Assembly: GCA_001661245.1 (NCBI GenBank)
Contig: KV454011.1
Span: 647,498-711,497, forward strand
DNA: 64,000 nt
Direction of reading: 5' to 3'
Origin: Pachysolen tannophilus NRRL Y-2460
Lineage: Eukaryota
The position numbers and the translations under genes are program-made. The notes beneath the pieces are model-generated. The model made no database searches. It was not told where the DNA came from and was given only the letters and a program-made list of their open reading frames with translations. Positions 21,909 to 33,648 of the stretch are shown here, in pieces; position 1 is the first letter of the stretch; the number at the start of each line of letters is the position of its first letter.

Positions 21909-22835
21909 TCAAATATTGTCTCCAGAAACTTTTTCAATGTATGCCTTTATATGAGGATTATCATTTTTATTCAAATGATCTGCAACTTTTTTACCAATAA
22001 AATCTTCAATTTCTGGAGTAAGTTTTAAAGCTTTCTTATTTTTCAATAATTCTTTTTCTTCTCTCAATTTCCTTAAATGTTCAGGTATTGGCATATTTGG
22101 TTTAGTCAATCTCTTAATATCTGGACCTCTTAAATAATATTTATCATATTTGGATTTAGAAGATTTAGATAATGGTGGTCTTAAACTATCTTTTAAATCT
22201 GCTGGTAATTCAGATAAAACTATAGAAGTTGGAAAATAAGTTCTCTCCATAACTTTTGCCTCTGGAGTACAATATGCATCATCTTCTATTGGCTCTGGTT
22301 TTGGCCATGGAATTCTAATATCTTCTTTATTTTTAATACATCTATATGGTAACATTTTTTTATAATTTTCATCCCAATATTTACCTCTAAGAACAATATC
22401 ATTTGCTGCAATATATTTTTTTTGTTTTGTATTTGGATCTTCAACTGTTCCAAGTAATTTAAAATATGACCTATCAACAACTTTAGGATAATCCATAACA
22501 TGTGAATCTTGTGTTTGATTCCAATATTCTTTTGGAATAACTATTTTCTTTGTTGGACCATCTTCAAGGTAAAACCCATTTGACAGAGGTTGTAATTTAA
22601 CAATTTTAGTAATAGTCCCTTTAAGTTTCCCCTTCATTATTAATACTTGATCTCCAACTGCAAATTTCCAATCTTCCATTGTCTTTAATCTTTTATTCTC
22701 AGGTAAAGTTGGTAAATCACTTCTCATTGCTGGAATTTGACCTCTAAGTTGAAAATTTTCAAAAAACCTCCTCAAATTTGGAGGAAGTCTCTCCATATTC
22801 ACACCAAACCTCTTACTGGCTGCAGTCCAAGTCAT
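21909..22835 (-). CDS. MRPL40: Mitochondrial ribosomal protein uL24m
   Basis: KOW motif WKF.VGD.V.I..G..KG, plus YWDENYKKMLPYR and IPWPKP. Confidence 0.85.
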   Translation of the reverse strand: MTWTAASKRFGVNMERLPPNLRRFFENFQLRGQIPAMRSDLPTLPENKRLKTMEDWKFAVGDQVLIMKGKLKGTITKIVKLQPLSNGFYLEDGPTKKIVIPKEYWNQTQDSHVMDYPKVVDRSYFKLLGTVEDPNTKQKKYIAANDIVLRGKYWDENYKKMLPYRCIKNKEDIRIPWPKPEPIEDDAYCTPEAKVMERTYFPTSIVLSELPADLKDSLRPPLSKSSKSKYDKYYLRGPDIKRLTKPNMPIPEHLRKLREEKELLKNKKALKLTPEIEDFIGKKVADHLNKNDNPHIKAYIEKVSGDNI

Positions 22836-23184
22836 CTTCGCTACCTTTCTTCCTCACTATTCCAATGGTCCCTAATCTTTTTTTTCAAATTTTAGATTCA
22901 ATATTTAAAATTAATGCTACAAGTAATTCATTCAATTAAATTGATTGACCGTTCAAAACTTTTTTTTTGATTTTTTTTTTTCAAAATTTTTTAAAAAACA
23001 AAAAATTGCCTAATTCGGGTAGCTTTCCTAATAAAGTAATTAGCCAAATCTGGTAATTTATTGGGCTATATGGATTAACTAACTATAATGGATAACTAAA
23101 CACTATATATAAGGAAGAATCGGATCCACATAAGGTTCCAATGGTTTCAGTTGTTCCAATGGTTCTATTGTTCTATTATTCCGT

Positions 23185-24303
23185 TTAGTTGAGATTAAGA
23201 GATTTCCTGGGTGTAACTATTATTCTTTCATCTGCCTCCATGGTGTGAAGTATCTTATTGTCGATACATCCTTCAAGTGTATACTTATGTGTGATGGTTA
23301 AAGCAGTTTTCATGGGATCTATCATTCCACATTCAAGACTATGCAAGACATTTTGGAAATCTTTTGAGTTATAGCAAGCAGAATCCGGTGTATTATTTTT
23401 GTGATTACAATTATTTACAAGTTTTGGTGACCACATAGCAATACCACCGGGTCTTAATGAAGCAATTGCTGCGTCGAATGATGAAGGAAGTTCGGAACAA
23501 CCAAATACGGTATGGAATCCTTTTGCATCTGTAGAGAAATGTTTAATATACCTTAAATCATGATTCATGTAGTCAAATGTACAACAATCATTAAAACGAA
23601 GTGCTCTTCTTCTTTTATTTAAATCTGGATCTGCAAGATATAAATCTTCAGCACCCATTGCATCCAAGCATTGAAGAACACCAATCCCTGAGGGCCCACC
23701 ACCAATAACCAATGCTTCTTCTCCTTTTTTAAAATGTGATTTTTCAACGGCATGCCAGCACGCCGCTAAAGGTTGCATTAATGCAGCAATATCTAATGGA
23801 ATTTTATTTGAAATCTTAACAACATGATGAGCTTCGTAAACAACATACTCTGCAAGACCACCACCTTTAGAAACTGAATTAACACTAGAACAGCAACCAC
23901 ATGCATCAGAATTATTGCCATCAACAACAACTTTTGATAATTCTAAAGCTTTCATTGTATTATTTATATTTAAATTATCATGATCCATAAAGATCCCACA
24001 AAAATTAGATGAATCTATCACCACTCTATCCCCAATTTTAACATTAACAACTTTCTCTCCAATACTTTTAACAATTCCAGAAATTTCATGGCCAAGAAAC
24101 AATGAATAAGCTTTAAAAGTAGATGATAAATCGGAATTACAAGACAAATAATTATGCCCATCTTTAATTCTCTTCACATCACTACCACATATTCCACACC
24201 ACGCAACTTCTATCAAAACCTCATTATCATTTTCAATCTCAGGCACCGGAATATCAGTTTCCAAACGGATATCATTCTTACCATATAACTTAATTGCCTT
24301 CAT
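23185..24303 (-). CDS. Zinc-dependent medium-chain dehydrogenase, BDH/sorbitol-DH family (divergent)
   Basis: WCGICGSD, GHE, GGGLAEY, WHAV and Rossmann GGGPSG motifs; several conserved residues altered. Confidence 0.8.
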   Translation of the reverse strand: MKAIKLYGKNDIRLETDIPVPEIENDNEVLIEVAWCGICGSDVKRIKDGHNYLSCNSDLSSTFKAYSLFLGHEISGIVKSIGEKVVNVKIGDRVVIDSSNFCGIFMDHDNLNINNTMKALELSKVVVDGNNSDACGCCSSVNSVSKGGGLAEYVVYEAHHVVKISNKIPLDIAALMQPLAACWHAVEKSHFKKGEEALVIGGGPSGIGVLQCLDAMGAEDLYLADPDLNKRRRALRFNDCCTFDYMNHDLRYIKHFSTDAKGFHTVFGCSELPSSFDAAIASLRPGGIAMWSPKLVNNCNHKNNTPDSACYNSKDFQNVLHSLECGMIDPMKTALTITHKYTLEGCIDNKILHTMEADERIIVTPRKSLNLN

Positions 24304-24575
24304 CTCTTCACTATTACTTTACTATTCATAAATCTTATATTATATTTAAGTATCAAAGCCAATAATAAATTAATTTACCATTTCCTTTTTGGGCTGGTGC
24401 TACAAAATTTATATATCTAATTGTCAAAGTTAAAATAAGGTAAAGAAAGCAAAAGAACTATTAACTTTATCGATTAATCATATACAAAATATCAAAAGCT
24501 ATTTTAAAATTTATTCCCCTTATTAAAAAACTATTGAACTTTTATCTTTATATGGAGCAAAAAAAAAACCGGTTC

Positions 24576-25910
24576 TTATAAGTTTAAAGTACCTATATCT
24601 ATCTTTTCATGTTTGAAAACTTTTGAGCCACCACCACCAACATAATCTCCTACAACATGACCATCACCTCTTAGCTGATAGTAGTAACAAACTAATCCTT
24701 CAAGTCCAACTGGACCTCTAGCATGGATTTTATTTGTGGAAATTCCAACTTCAGTTCCAAATCCATACTTGAAACCATCAGCAAATCTTGATGAACAATT
24801 CCAATAAACTCCTGATGAGTCAATTCCTTTCAAAAAAATTTCAGCATTTTCCTTATTTTCTGTTATTATCACATCTGTATGTTTTGAGGAATGTGAATTT
24901 ATGTGATAAATAGCGTCTCTAGTGGAAGCTATAGGTTTAACTGCTAAATCATAACTTAAAAATTCCTTATGAAAATCTGCTTCTGTAGCTTCAATAAACT
25001 TTTTTGATTCCAACAATGATGAAGGAATTAAAGAAAGTAATTCTGGAACAAGATGTAAAGTCACATTTGCTTCAATCAATTTTTCAACAATTTGAAGAAA
25101 AGCTGATGTTTTAATTAATTTCTCATTTATCAACAAAGTTTCAGCTGCATTACAACCGGCAGGATAATTTGTCTTTGAATCAATAATTATCTTAATTGCC
25201 TTTTCTATATCGGCAAATTCATCAACATATATTGAACAAATACCATCAGCATGACCCAAGACAGGTATTTTAGTATTTGATTTAATATTTCTAACCAATT
25301 CATTTGAACCTCTTGGAATTACTAAATCGACATACTGATCTTGTTTCAATAATTCACCAACTTCTTCTCTAGTGGAAATTAATTGTATAGCATCTTTAGG
25401 AACAGCAGTTTTTTCGATCAAGATTTCATTAATAACATCAGACATGGCCTTAAAAGTATGGAAACTTTCTTTACCACCTTTAAGAATAGCAGAGTTACCT
25501 GATTTAATCGCTAACGCAGTGATGTTTGCTATCACTTCAGGTCTTGATTCAAATATAATCAATAAAACTCCAATAGGACATGTTAACCTGAATAAGTTTA
25601 AACCATCGTCTAATTTCGTAGCCAACGTAATTTTATTCAACGGATCTTCTAATGCAGCTACATCCAACACACCTTGACACATAGTATCAAACTTATCATT
25701 TATAGACAAATCTAATCTTTTAATTAACGAGGATGACAAGTTGTTCTTCACTGCTGATTCCATATCAAGCTCATTTGCTTTCAAAATAACAGATCTATTC
25801 AATCTCAACCCTTTATAAATCTCATCTAAAGCTTGCGACCTCTCATCATTTGACAAAGTCTTCAATACAGTAGATGCCAAATGCGCATTTCTTGCTATTT
25901 GCTCCGCCAT
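24576..25910 (-). CDS. PRO2: Gamma-glutamyl phosphate reductase
   Basis: PIGVLLIIFESRP, LKGGKE, IPRGS, YPAGCNAAETLL, SSRFADG, STNKIHARGPVGLEGL. Confidence 0.97.
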   Translation of the reverse strand: MAEQIARNAHLASTVLKTLSNDERSQALDEIYKGLRLNRSVILKANELDMESAVKNNLSSSLIKRLDLSINDKFDTMCQGVLDVAALEDPLNKITLATKLDDGLNLFRLTCPIGVLLIIFESRPEVIANITALAIKSGNSAILKGGKESFHTFKAMSDVINEILIEKTAVPKDAIQLISTREEVGELLKQDQYVDLVIPRGSNELVRNIKSNTKIPVLGHADGICSIYVDEFADIEKAIKIIIDSKTNYPAGCNAAETLLINEKLIKTSAFLQIVEKLIEANVTLHLVPELLSLIPSSLLESKKFIEATEADFHKEFLSYDLAVKPIASTRDAIYHINSHSSKHTDVIITENKENAEIFLKGIDSSGVYWNCSSRFADGFKYGFGTEVGISTNKIHARGPVGLEGLVCYYYQLRGDGHVVGDYVGGGGSKVFKHEKIDIGTLNL

Positions 25911-26380
25911 CTTCTCTTTTATCTTTCGTTTTTTTTTCCGCCTTTAACTTACTTGACAAAATTGAATAATACCTTTATTCTATTCTTTTTGTCCTCTTTT
26001 TTTTCACTTTTAGACTCATCGTTCATCCGTCTTAAGTGAGATCCAAAAAATTTGGTGGAAAGTTTGTTTGGATTTACACTACTTTTCGGATTAACCTCAA
26101 GCTTCCCATCATTCCATCATATCTTTACTACTAGTAAGGAAGTTGGTTGAACCATTAGGTGGTTGATAGAAGAGGTATATAAAGGTGTAAATTATCAGTT
26201 CTGTATAAATATTCTTATTAGTTTATAAATTTATAAAACAGAAAAGTTTTGTAATTAAAATGAAAAAAAAAAAAAAAAAAAAAATCTTCCCCTAGTTTCT
26301 GTCCCATATTCCCATTCCCATTCCCCTTCCTTCTTCCATTTCCATTTCCGCTTCCTTTCCATTTCCATTCAAGTTTCCAT

Positions 26381-27206
26381 TCACCAAAGATTTGCCATCG
26401 GAAAGTTTGAGTCGTAACCTCCATAAAATCCGCCTAAGCTCGATGGAGGTAAAGTCCTACCGAGTCTTGAATTTGCGGTATTACGATTTTTCTTATTTTC
26501 TTGTTCTCTTAGTACTAGCATCATGCATGATAATACCATTGTATCAAATTTGACGGATTTAACATTTTGATAGTCTTGATATACTTCATCCACATTATTT
26601 AAATTAACGGATTCGTAACATTGTAAATACCCTAACTTATTGATTTTTCTTGGGAAAAGATCTGCTGCTGCATCAGTAAAGTTTCCAAAAGGTGGTAAAG
26701 TAGAATTTCCATAAAGTTTATAGTTAATGGAAGAACCGGATAAATCAGCCAATGTAGTTTCACAATCAAGTAAAGGGTTTTCCAGACTTGGTTTATTATC
26801 TTCTGTTACATTATCTGCCAAAGATACAGCGTTTGGTTCATTCATCAACATTAGTTGAAAATTGCTGCTTCCAAATATCGATGTACAAACAGAAGTCCCA
26901 ACAAATCTGATTTTTGTATTTTTATATATGGCATCGGTAAAAGGTTTAAATCTATGCGTAAACATTGTTACTTCAAATGAATCATTTGGATTAAAAGGAT
27001 CTGGTGTGAATTCCAACACAAATCTTTTAACACCAGATTTAATAAATTTATCATAAACTTTACAAAAAACATACTTATCCAATTCTTCAATTGTATCCTT
27101 GTTATTGCTACTCGAATTACCATTAGTATGTTTATTATTGCTTTCCGGTAATATTAACTTCACTGTTGATCTCTTTAAATTCAAATTATTATTAATCGCA
27201 CCATTT

Positions 27207-27238
<32 letters not shown>

Positions 27239-28138
27239 GTTGTTGTTGCATTTAGATTTCATTATTCTAATTTCAGACTCTGTGTAGTATTTGCTTATGA
27301 TCATGTATGGACAATTCTTCCTAAACTGTGCCAATGTGGGTGTTGATATATAAAACAACGGTAAATTAGAATCTTCCTCATAAACAGCTTCCTCATGTTC
27401 TTCTTCTTCATCATCTTCTTCTAGATCTTCTTCCATATGGGATCCCAATGAGGTTTGTCCCAGTAAATTATGATGATCATTATTAACATGATTATTACTG
27501 GTAGGAGAAAAAGTCGATCCAATATCAAGTCCACCTTCTTCCGCTTCAAATAGCTTATTTTTTTTCAACTTCCATTTATAAGTTTTCCTAAAATAATCCA
27601 AAGATTGCTGAGAGGGAAACAATAACTGACCAGATTTAAAAGTAACCGATACTAAAGGCATATTTCTTTTTGAATTATAATCATCAACAGGTTTGCCAAA
27701 AATCTTATACGAATCAATATTATTATCCGGATCCATTGAAGTTACAGTATCATCACTATCATACCCTATACTATCTATTTCATTACTAATACTATCCAAT
27801 ATATGAGTAATAGGACCACCTCTATTATAAGTATCCCCATTATTACCATTATTTCCAACATTCCGTACTTCATTGTTACTATTCATTATATCTCTAATCA
27901 CAGTATTGATGGTCCTATTTATAGATGACAAGTTATGTGCTAGTTGCCCATAATGCTCTTGTGATGAATCATATCTATTGAAAACCAACGTATCTTGACT
28001 CGATTTTCTTCTTGGTTTCAAATAAACAGATTGGGAACGACTTGAACTTCCATGGTTCCTATTCACATTACTTGAAGAAGGAGTTGAATTAGATCTTCTC
28101 TGTTTCTTATTCCTCCGTATAGAAAATATACTATGCAT
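26381..28138 (-). CDS. Uncharacterised fungal protein with poly-Asn and acidic tracts
   Basis: 585-codon ORF from ATG at 28138; globular-looking C-terminal half; no motif recognised. Confidence 0.75.
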
Positions 28139-28583
28139 CGTCACCAAAAACCTATCTCTATATATCCAATATTAATTAATCTTCTTAACACAATTTTTTT
28201 TTTTATTTATTTATTACCAGACGTTTCCACCACAATTTATATGGCAATAAATTTATTACTATTATTATTATTATTATTATTTGAACTAGTCTGGATCGTG
28301 CAATATATCAAAATTCGGATAGAATAACCTCCAAATAAAAAGTTTCCCTTCCGGTATTTATTACATTCACTGCCAAATTCAAAAAAAGAAGTCTGTGGGA
28401 TTGCCTGTCGCTACAAATCATCTTCATCATCATTACCTTAGATAAAACATCTAGAACAATAACAAAGTATTATTCGTTTTATCATGATCTATATAATAAT
28501 AATGCGTTATGGATTTTAACTTTCTTATCTCCCATAGTAATGAAAGAGATAAAGCTTCAAATTTGTTTTCAAAATATTAATTG

Positions 28584-28655
28584 TCCGTGATAGTTTAGTG
28601 GCTAGAATTACCGCTTGTCGCGTGGTAGACCGGGGTTCAATTCCCCGTCGCGGAG
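28584..28655 (+). tRNA. tRNA-Asp(GTC)
   Basis: TCCGTGA...TCGCGGAG acceptor stem, anticodon loop with GTC, T-loop GGTTCAATTCC, downstream T-run Pol III terminator. Confidence 0.97.
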
Positions 28656-28780
28656 CTTTAATTTTTTTTTATTTTTTACCGTTACAATATTACAATTACA
28701 ATTACAATTACATACAAATGACATATATAAAAACTTATTATTCTTTGTACTATCTGGACTATCTGGACTATTTAGACTAT

Positions 28781-30778
28781 TTACAATTTTCTATAATAGA
28801 TTGCACTTGATTCATCACCAGCTACTAAAACTTGTTCGATATCTTTATTAATTTTTTTACCTTTCAAGTTTTTGAATTGAACAGAATTTTTTTGGTCAAC
28901 GTTTGATAATAACTGTAATCTGTCATTATTCATCTTTATGGTTTTCAGATATTTTTTGTTTTCCAGATTTTCAGTTGACTCGTTCAAAGGCTCTACAATT
29001 TTTGGAACTGTAGCAGGAGCGCCAACTTTAATTCTTTTACCATTTCCCAATTGTCCAAACTCATTACTTCCCCAGACAAGGACATCGTTATTATTCAAAG
29101 TCAATGCAGTATGAGTTTGGCCAGTGGACCAGTGCTTAATACCTATAGTTTCCATCACGTTTGTGTTCTCGTTGAAATCTTTTAGATCTGCCAAATTCTT
29201 GATCTTTAAAGGATCTGCCTGAGCATGGATGAAATGACCCACACCTAATTCACCATTTAATCCATGACCCCAAGATAAATAAAGTAATTTAAATTTTTGA
29301 TTTGAAGTTAAATTTTTCATATCAACCAATTTAGTTGGATCCAGAAGTGATTTTTGAAACAAGTTATAAATATCGGTAGAAGTGAATGTTGCAAAAGAAG
29401 AATCACCTCCTGCATGAATATCAATACATTGTGGTAACTCATTTCTTTTAAAATGATCATTAACTAAATCAATTTTAGATGGGAAAGGTATTATTTCAGT
29501 ATCATAATTGACATTTTTACCTAAAGATCCAAAAGTATTTTTACCCCATGCCCAAATTGATCCTAAATTATCCAATGCCAAAGAATGATTATCACCACAT
29601 GCAATTTGTTTAATAAATCTATTTTCAATTGTCTTTTCCCCAGTTGGAAGATGGGATTTAAAAGTGTTCAAATTTTTTAATTCAAAAACTTTATTTGGTG
29701 GTGGAACTGGATCAAATTGAGATAATGTTGGTAAACCAAATTGACCATAAGATTTATCTATTGGTTTAAACCCAGTTGCTAATGAGAAAACTCTACCTTT
29801 ATTTGTTAATAAAAGTAAATGTTGCAAACCACTTTGAAAATCAGTAATTTTTTCATCTTTGGCTATATTTGGTATTTGTAATTTAGAAAAATTTAAAATT
29901 GGTTTTGATTTGAAAAAACCAATTTTTTTAAATATTGAAGGATTTGAACTAATTTTTAATTGATTTTCAAATGATTCTGGTATATACAAGACTTCCCCTC
30001 TTTCTGTTAATAAATATAATGCTTGGTTACTTATGGTTACTTTGGATAATTTTTGATTTTGTAAAGTTATTCTTGGCTCAGTCAGATCATTATCAAAACC
30101 TTTCCCCCATTGGTATAAATTACCATTTTCATCAATGGCGGCACCACTTGTTTTAGAAATTTTTAAATCTTTTAAAAATTTGCCATCAAAGAAATCAAAC
30201 CTTTTAAACTTAGTAATCAGCTTAGTTTCCCTATCTTTTGGATCAAGTGTATAATATTCATTATTACCACAAACATATAATCCTGGAACTGAAGTATCAT
30301 TTTTATTAGTTACCATAAAAAATTCTTGTTTCTTAGATTTATTTTTCTTTCTTTGTAATTCCTCATAACTTTCTTTAAATGCTGATAAATCATATTCATG
30401 GAAAAGTAAATATTTTAATTGAGACCTATACTGATATGCTTGATAAATACCAATAACCCCACCAACACATACTATACCAAATATAAGCGCCTTCATCCTT
30501 TCAACTAATTCATATCGTTTATTAAATTCAGATTGAGAACTCTCATTCTTGGCACCAGAATCCTCAAATTGAGGAAACTTATACTGCTTTGCATTCTCTT
30601 CTAATAATGGATCCTCAACTTTTAATTTTAATTTTTGTCTAGATAGAGAATCATTTCCTGATTCTTGATTAGTTTTCGAATTTAACCAAAAAAATGATAA
30701 ATGGAAATATCTATTATTATTTGGTAAAAATGCTGACCTATATCCAACAAGTCTCCTAGCAGAACTTCTCCCTAACAT
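28781..30778 (-). CDS. FMP25: Mitochondrial RCC1-repeat protein (complex III assembly factor)
   Basis: Arg-rich presequence, one TM (ALIFGIVCVGGVIGIY), RCC1 repeats (IACGDNHSLALD, WGSNEFGQLG). Confidence 0.85.
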   Translation of the reverse strand: MLGRSSARRLVGYRSAFLPNNNRYFHLSFFWLNSKTNQESGNDSLSRQKLKLKVEDPLLEENAKQYKFPQFEDSGAKNESSQSEFNKRYELVERMKALIFGIVCVGGVIGIYQAYQYRSQLKYLLFHEYDLSAFKESYEELQRKKNKSKKQEFFMVTNKNDTSVPGLYVCGNNEYYTLDPKDRETKLITKFKRFDFFDGKFLKDLKISKTSGAAIDENGNLYQWGKGFDNDLTEPRITLQNQKLSKVTISNQALYLLTERGEVLYIPESFENQLKISSNPSIFKKIGFFKSKPILNFSKLQIPNIAKDEKITDFQSGLQHLLLLTNKGRVFSLATGFKPIDKSYGQFGLPTLSQFDPVPPPNKVFELKNLNTFKSHLPTGEKTIENRFIKQIACGDNHSLALDNLGSIWAWGKNTFGSLGKNVNYDTEIIPFPSKIDLVNDHFKRNELPQCIDIHAGGDSSFATFTSTDIYNLFQKSLLDPTKLVDMKNLTSNQKFKLLYLSWGHGLNGELGVGHFIHAQADPLKIKNLADLKDFNENTNVMETIGIKHWSTGQTHTALTLNNNDVLVWGSNEFGQLGNGKRIKVGAPATVPKIVEPLNESTENLENKKYLKTIKMNNDRLQLLSNVDQKNSVQFKNLKGKKINKDIEQVLVAGDESSAIYYRKL

Positions 30779-33529
30779 ATTTATTTATTTATTTTTTTTT
30801 ATTTATTTTTTTTTTTTAACTAATCAACTTTGAATCGACTATTGTCCCCTACTGTCTATCACTTAGCTCTTTTCCTCTCTTCTCCTTTACTCTAATTACC
30901 ACATGTCGTCTTCCTACCTGAAAATTTTTTGCTCTTTTAAATTTTTTTTTTTTTGTTTTTCTTTTTTTCGGTTTCCGCTTTGAGACATAGCTAAAGCCCC
31001 TAATTAGTGATTTCAAAAACGAGGACTCAAAAATGAGAGCTAGAACGAGGGCGCTTGGTATTTTGATATGGATTTCTAGTAGTAAAAGAAGCAGTATATT
31101 TGTCTTCTATGTCTTGAGAAAGAGAATATCTCGGTAGGTATTGGTATGTATCTCACGTTATCAAGTTTCCAAAACTTTTTAAAAACTGCCGAAAGTTAAT
31201 CTTCTTGCGAATTGTACAAAGAGTTTACGTAACTGCGATGCGTATATACAATCAATGACTGTAGTGGAGAGCAAGCACTTCGCTAAAAAAAAAAACTTCC
31301 CATTGCCTTTGAATTAAAAATATCTCCCATGTTTCTAATAGCTAAAAATAGGGTTACATCTAAGTTGGAAGTTGTATTTTTATCTTGTCGAATAAAGGAA
31401 ATTTGGAAATGGAAATGGAAATGTTAAAACCTAACTTACCTGCAGGGAACTTTTGAGACCTATTTTAAAAGAGAAAGGAATTCAAAAACAAAACGGAGAT
31501 TTTAATATCATTTGAGCCGATAATTTGCCCACTTTTATTTCAAGATCCACCCATGTGATGGAAAGGCTCTGTTGAAAAAGAGAGAGTAGTTATTCATTGA
31601 GAAAAAAAAAAAAAGGTTAAGTAATTACCTAAAAAAATGATTTAAATTACTTGCATATTTCTTGATGCAAGAATATGCATAACAATAGGTGCTTCTTATT
31701 ATAATTGTTGATTTAGATCAACAGTTTGCAGATATAAAGATCCTTAGTTTTCTAAAGGAATGGAGGTCATTTATGTTAGGTCTCAATTAGTGGGAGAGCA
31801 TAAAGATTTGAAGTAATTTATTGTTAAAGATTTAAGGAAATAATGAAATTAATTGGTACTTTTAATTTAAAAAAAAAAAAAGAAAACCAATTTTTGAAAA
31901 GGATTAATCCTCTTCCATATTCATGCATTAGTATTTAAAAATATATTGAGGACACAACTAATTACAGAAATGCAAGAAAGACTTTTTAACTTGAAAATAA
32001 GATTTAATAGTAGCGAGTAATAAGTTTACCCAATTGGGTTGATATCTACTACTGTGTCTATATTAGTTAGGATCTGGCTTATTTTTAAAATTAACCGCAT
32101 TAACCGCAATACTTGAAAAAAAAAGATAATTTAATAAACTTTAGCAAGATTCAAACAAACTAAATAGGCACTGATCAATGCCTTCATTTCCCTATTCTCT
32201 CTAATTAGCCAGGACACAGAGACGTATGTTTCCTAATTCAATTTGTTTTTGGTACAGAGAACGAGAGAGAGAGAGAGGGCGAGAGAGAGAAAAAAAAAAA
32301 AAAAAAAAAAGAACTTAATCGCTTGGCAATTTCTTATCCTAACTCAAGGTTTATTCGTAACTTCCAATTGCAGATTTATATAGTTCCTATTGGGGTAGGT
32401 GGGAGCAAGATGCTATGCTATTGCTCCATTGGAAGTAACTACATGAATGTAAATTCATTAGGATGTGGCAGTGACATAATGAAAATTTTTAAGAATGAAG
32501 TCTAATTAAAGAAGTTTTCAAACTAGCATACTTTGGTTTATAATTAAGATATTTTAATTCACATAGATCAACAGATTAAAGATATTCTTAATTTCCTGAA
32601 ATAGTTATAATTCTTCTCAAATGGATAAAACCTTTTTACTAAACTGCTTCTAGCAAGTGATTTTGTTTCTTAAAATCAATTCAAAAAAGATGGCTATTTA
32701 ACCAATAAAAATTTCGCTTATATAGATTGAATTTATAGACCAACAAAGCTGTAGATGACATGTAAATCGTCAAAACTATGAGAGGGGAAAGTTATGATGT
32801 TGAAGGCGACATTCAGCTCATGAATTTAATTTTTATTTTTTTTTAATCTTATGTTTTTCAAAATCCTTTATCGAAAAACCAAGAAATCCAAAATCTGGTA
32901 GATTTGAAAAAAGATACTTTTTACACCTTGATCACAAACCGACCAATTTTTTACTTTATTTTCACTTTCCACGTCCATTTTGTGATCCATGAGCCGTTTT
33001 TATCTCTCCACCAATTATTATTTAAGTCCTACAAATCCTTTCCATAAATAAATGAGTTTTTATTACCTCAACGTTTCCTTATATCTACATAGTCAACTTT
33101 AATTTTTCCTTTCTTTTTTTTTTTATTTTTAAAATTAGCTAAAATTTAGCTAGGCTCCTTAAACATTCTTAGTTGAATTAAATTTGCTCCTGACCAACTC
33201 ATAAAGGGAAACAATAGCCTTGCTTTGTCATATTATGATGGTTGATCTATCCTTAAAACTCGAAGGTCATCTTTACGTAAGAAATATGTTTTCCTTTTTT
33301 GAACATAAATTTCATGCATCATGCGGCTCGTAGACCATAAATATACAGCTTCACTTTTTATGACTTGATATTATAATATATTTACTTTTCTTAATCTGAA
33401 AGATTTTTATATCATTTGGTAATTTATGTTTGTGCTTGTGGATAATCTTTTTCTATTTCTGTCCGATTCCCTTTGATATTAGTACCATGAAGAACACGTC
33501 AATAATTCGAATAATTGACTCCTTCAAGG

Positions 33530-33537
33530 TATAAAAG
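33530..33537 (+). promoter_or_regulatory. TATA box of the repeat-peptide precursor gene
   Basis: TATAAAAG about 120 bp upstream of ATG 33649. Confidence 0.6.
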
Positions 33538-33648
33538 CTGGTTAAATTTCTTTCTCTAACTTGACACTTGATATATCTTTCTTGTTTTATCAAGCGATCA
33601 GTATTCCAAAGTGATTCTTTTAACTTCAACAACTCAACACTGAAAAAA

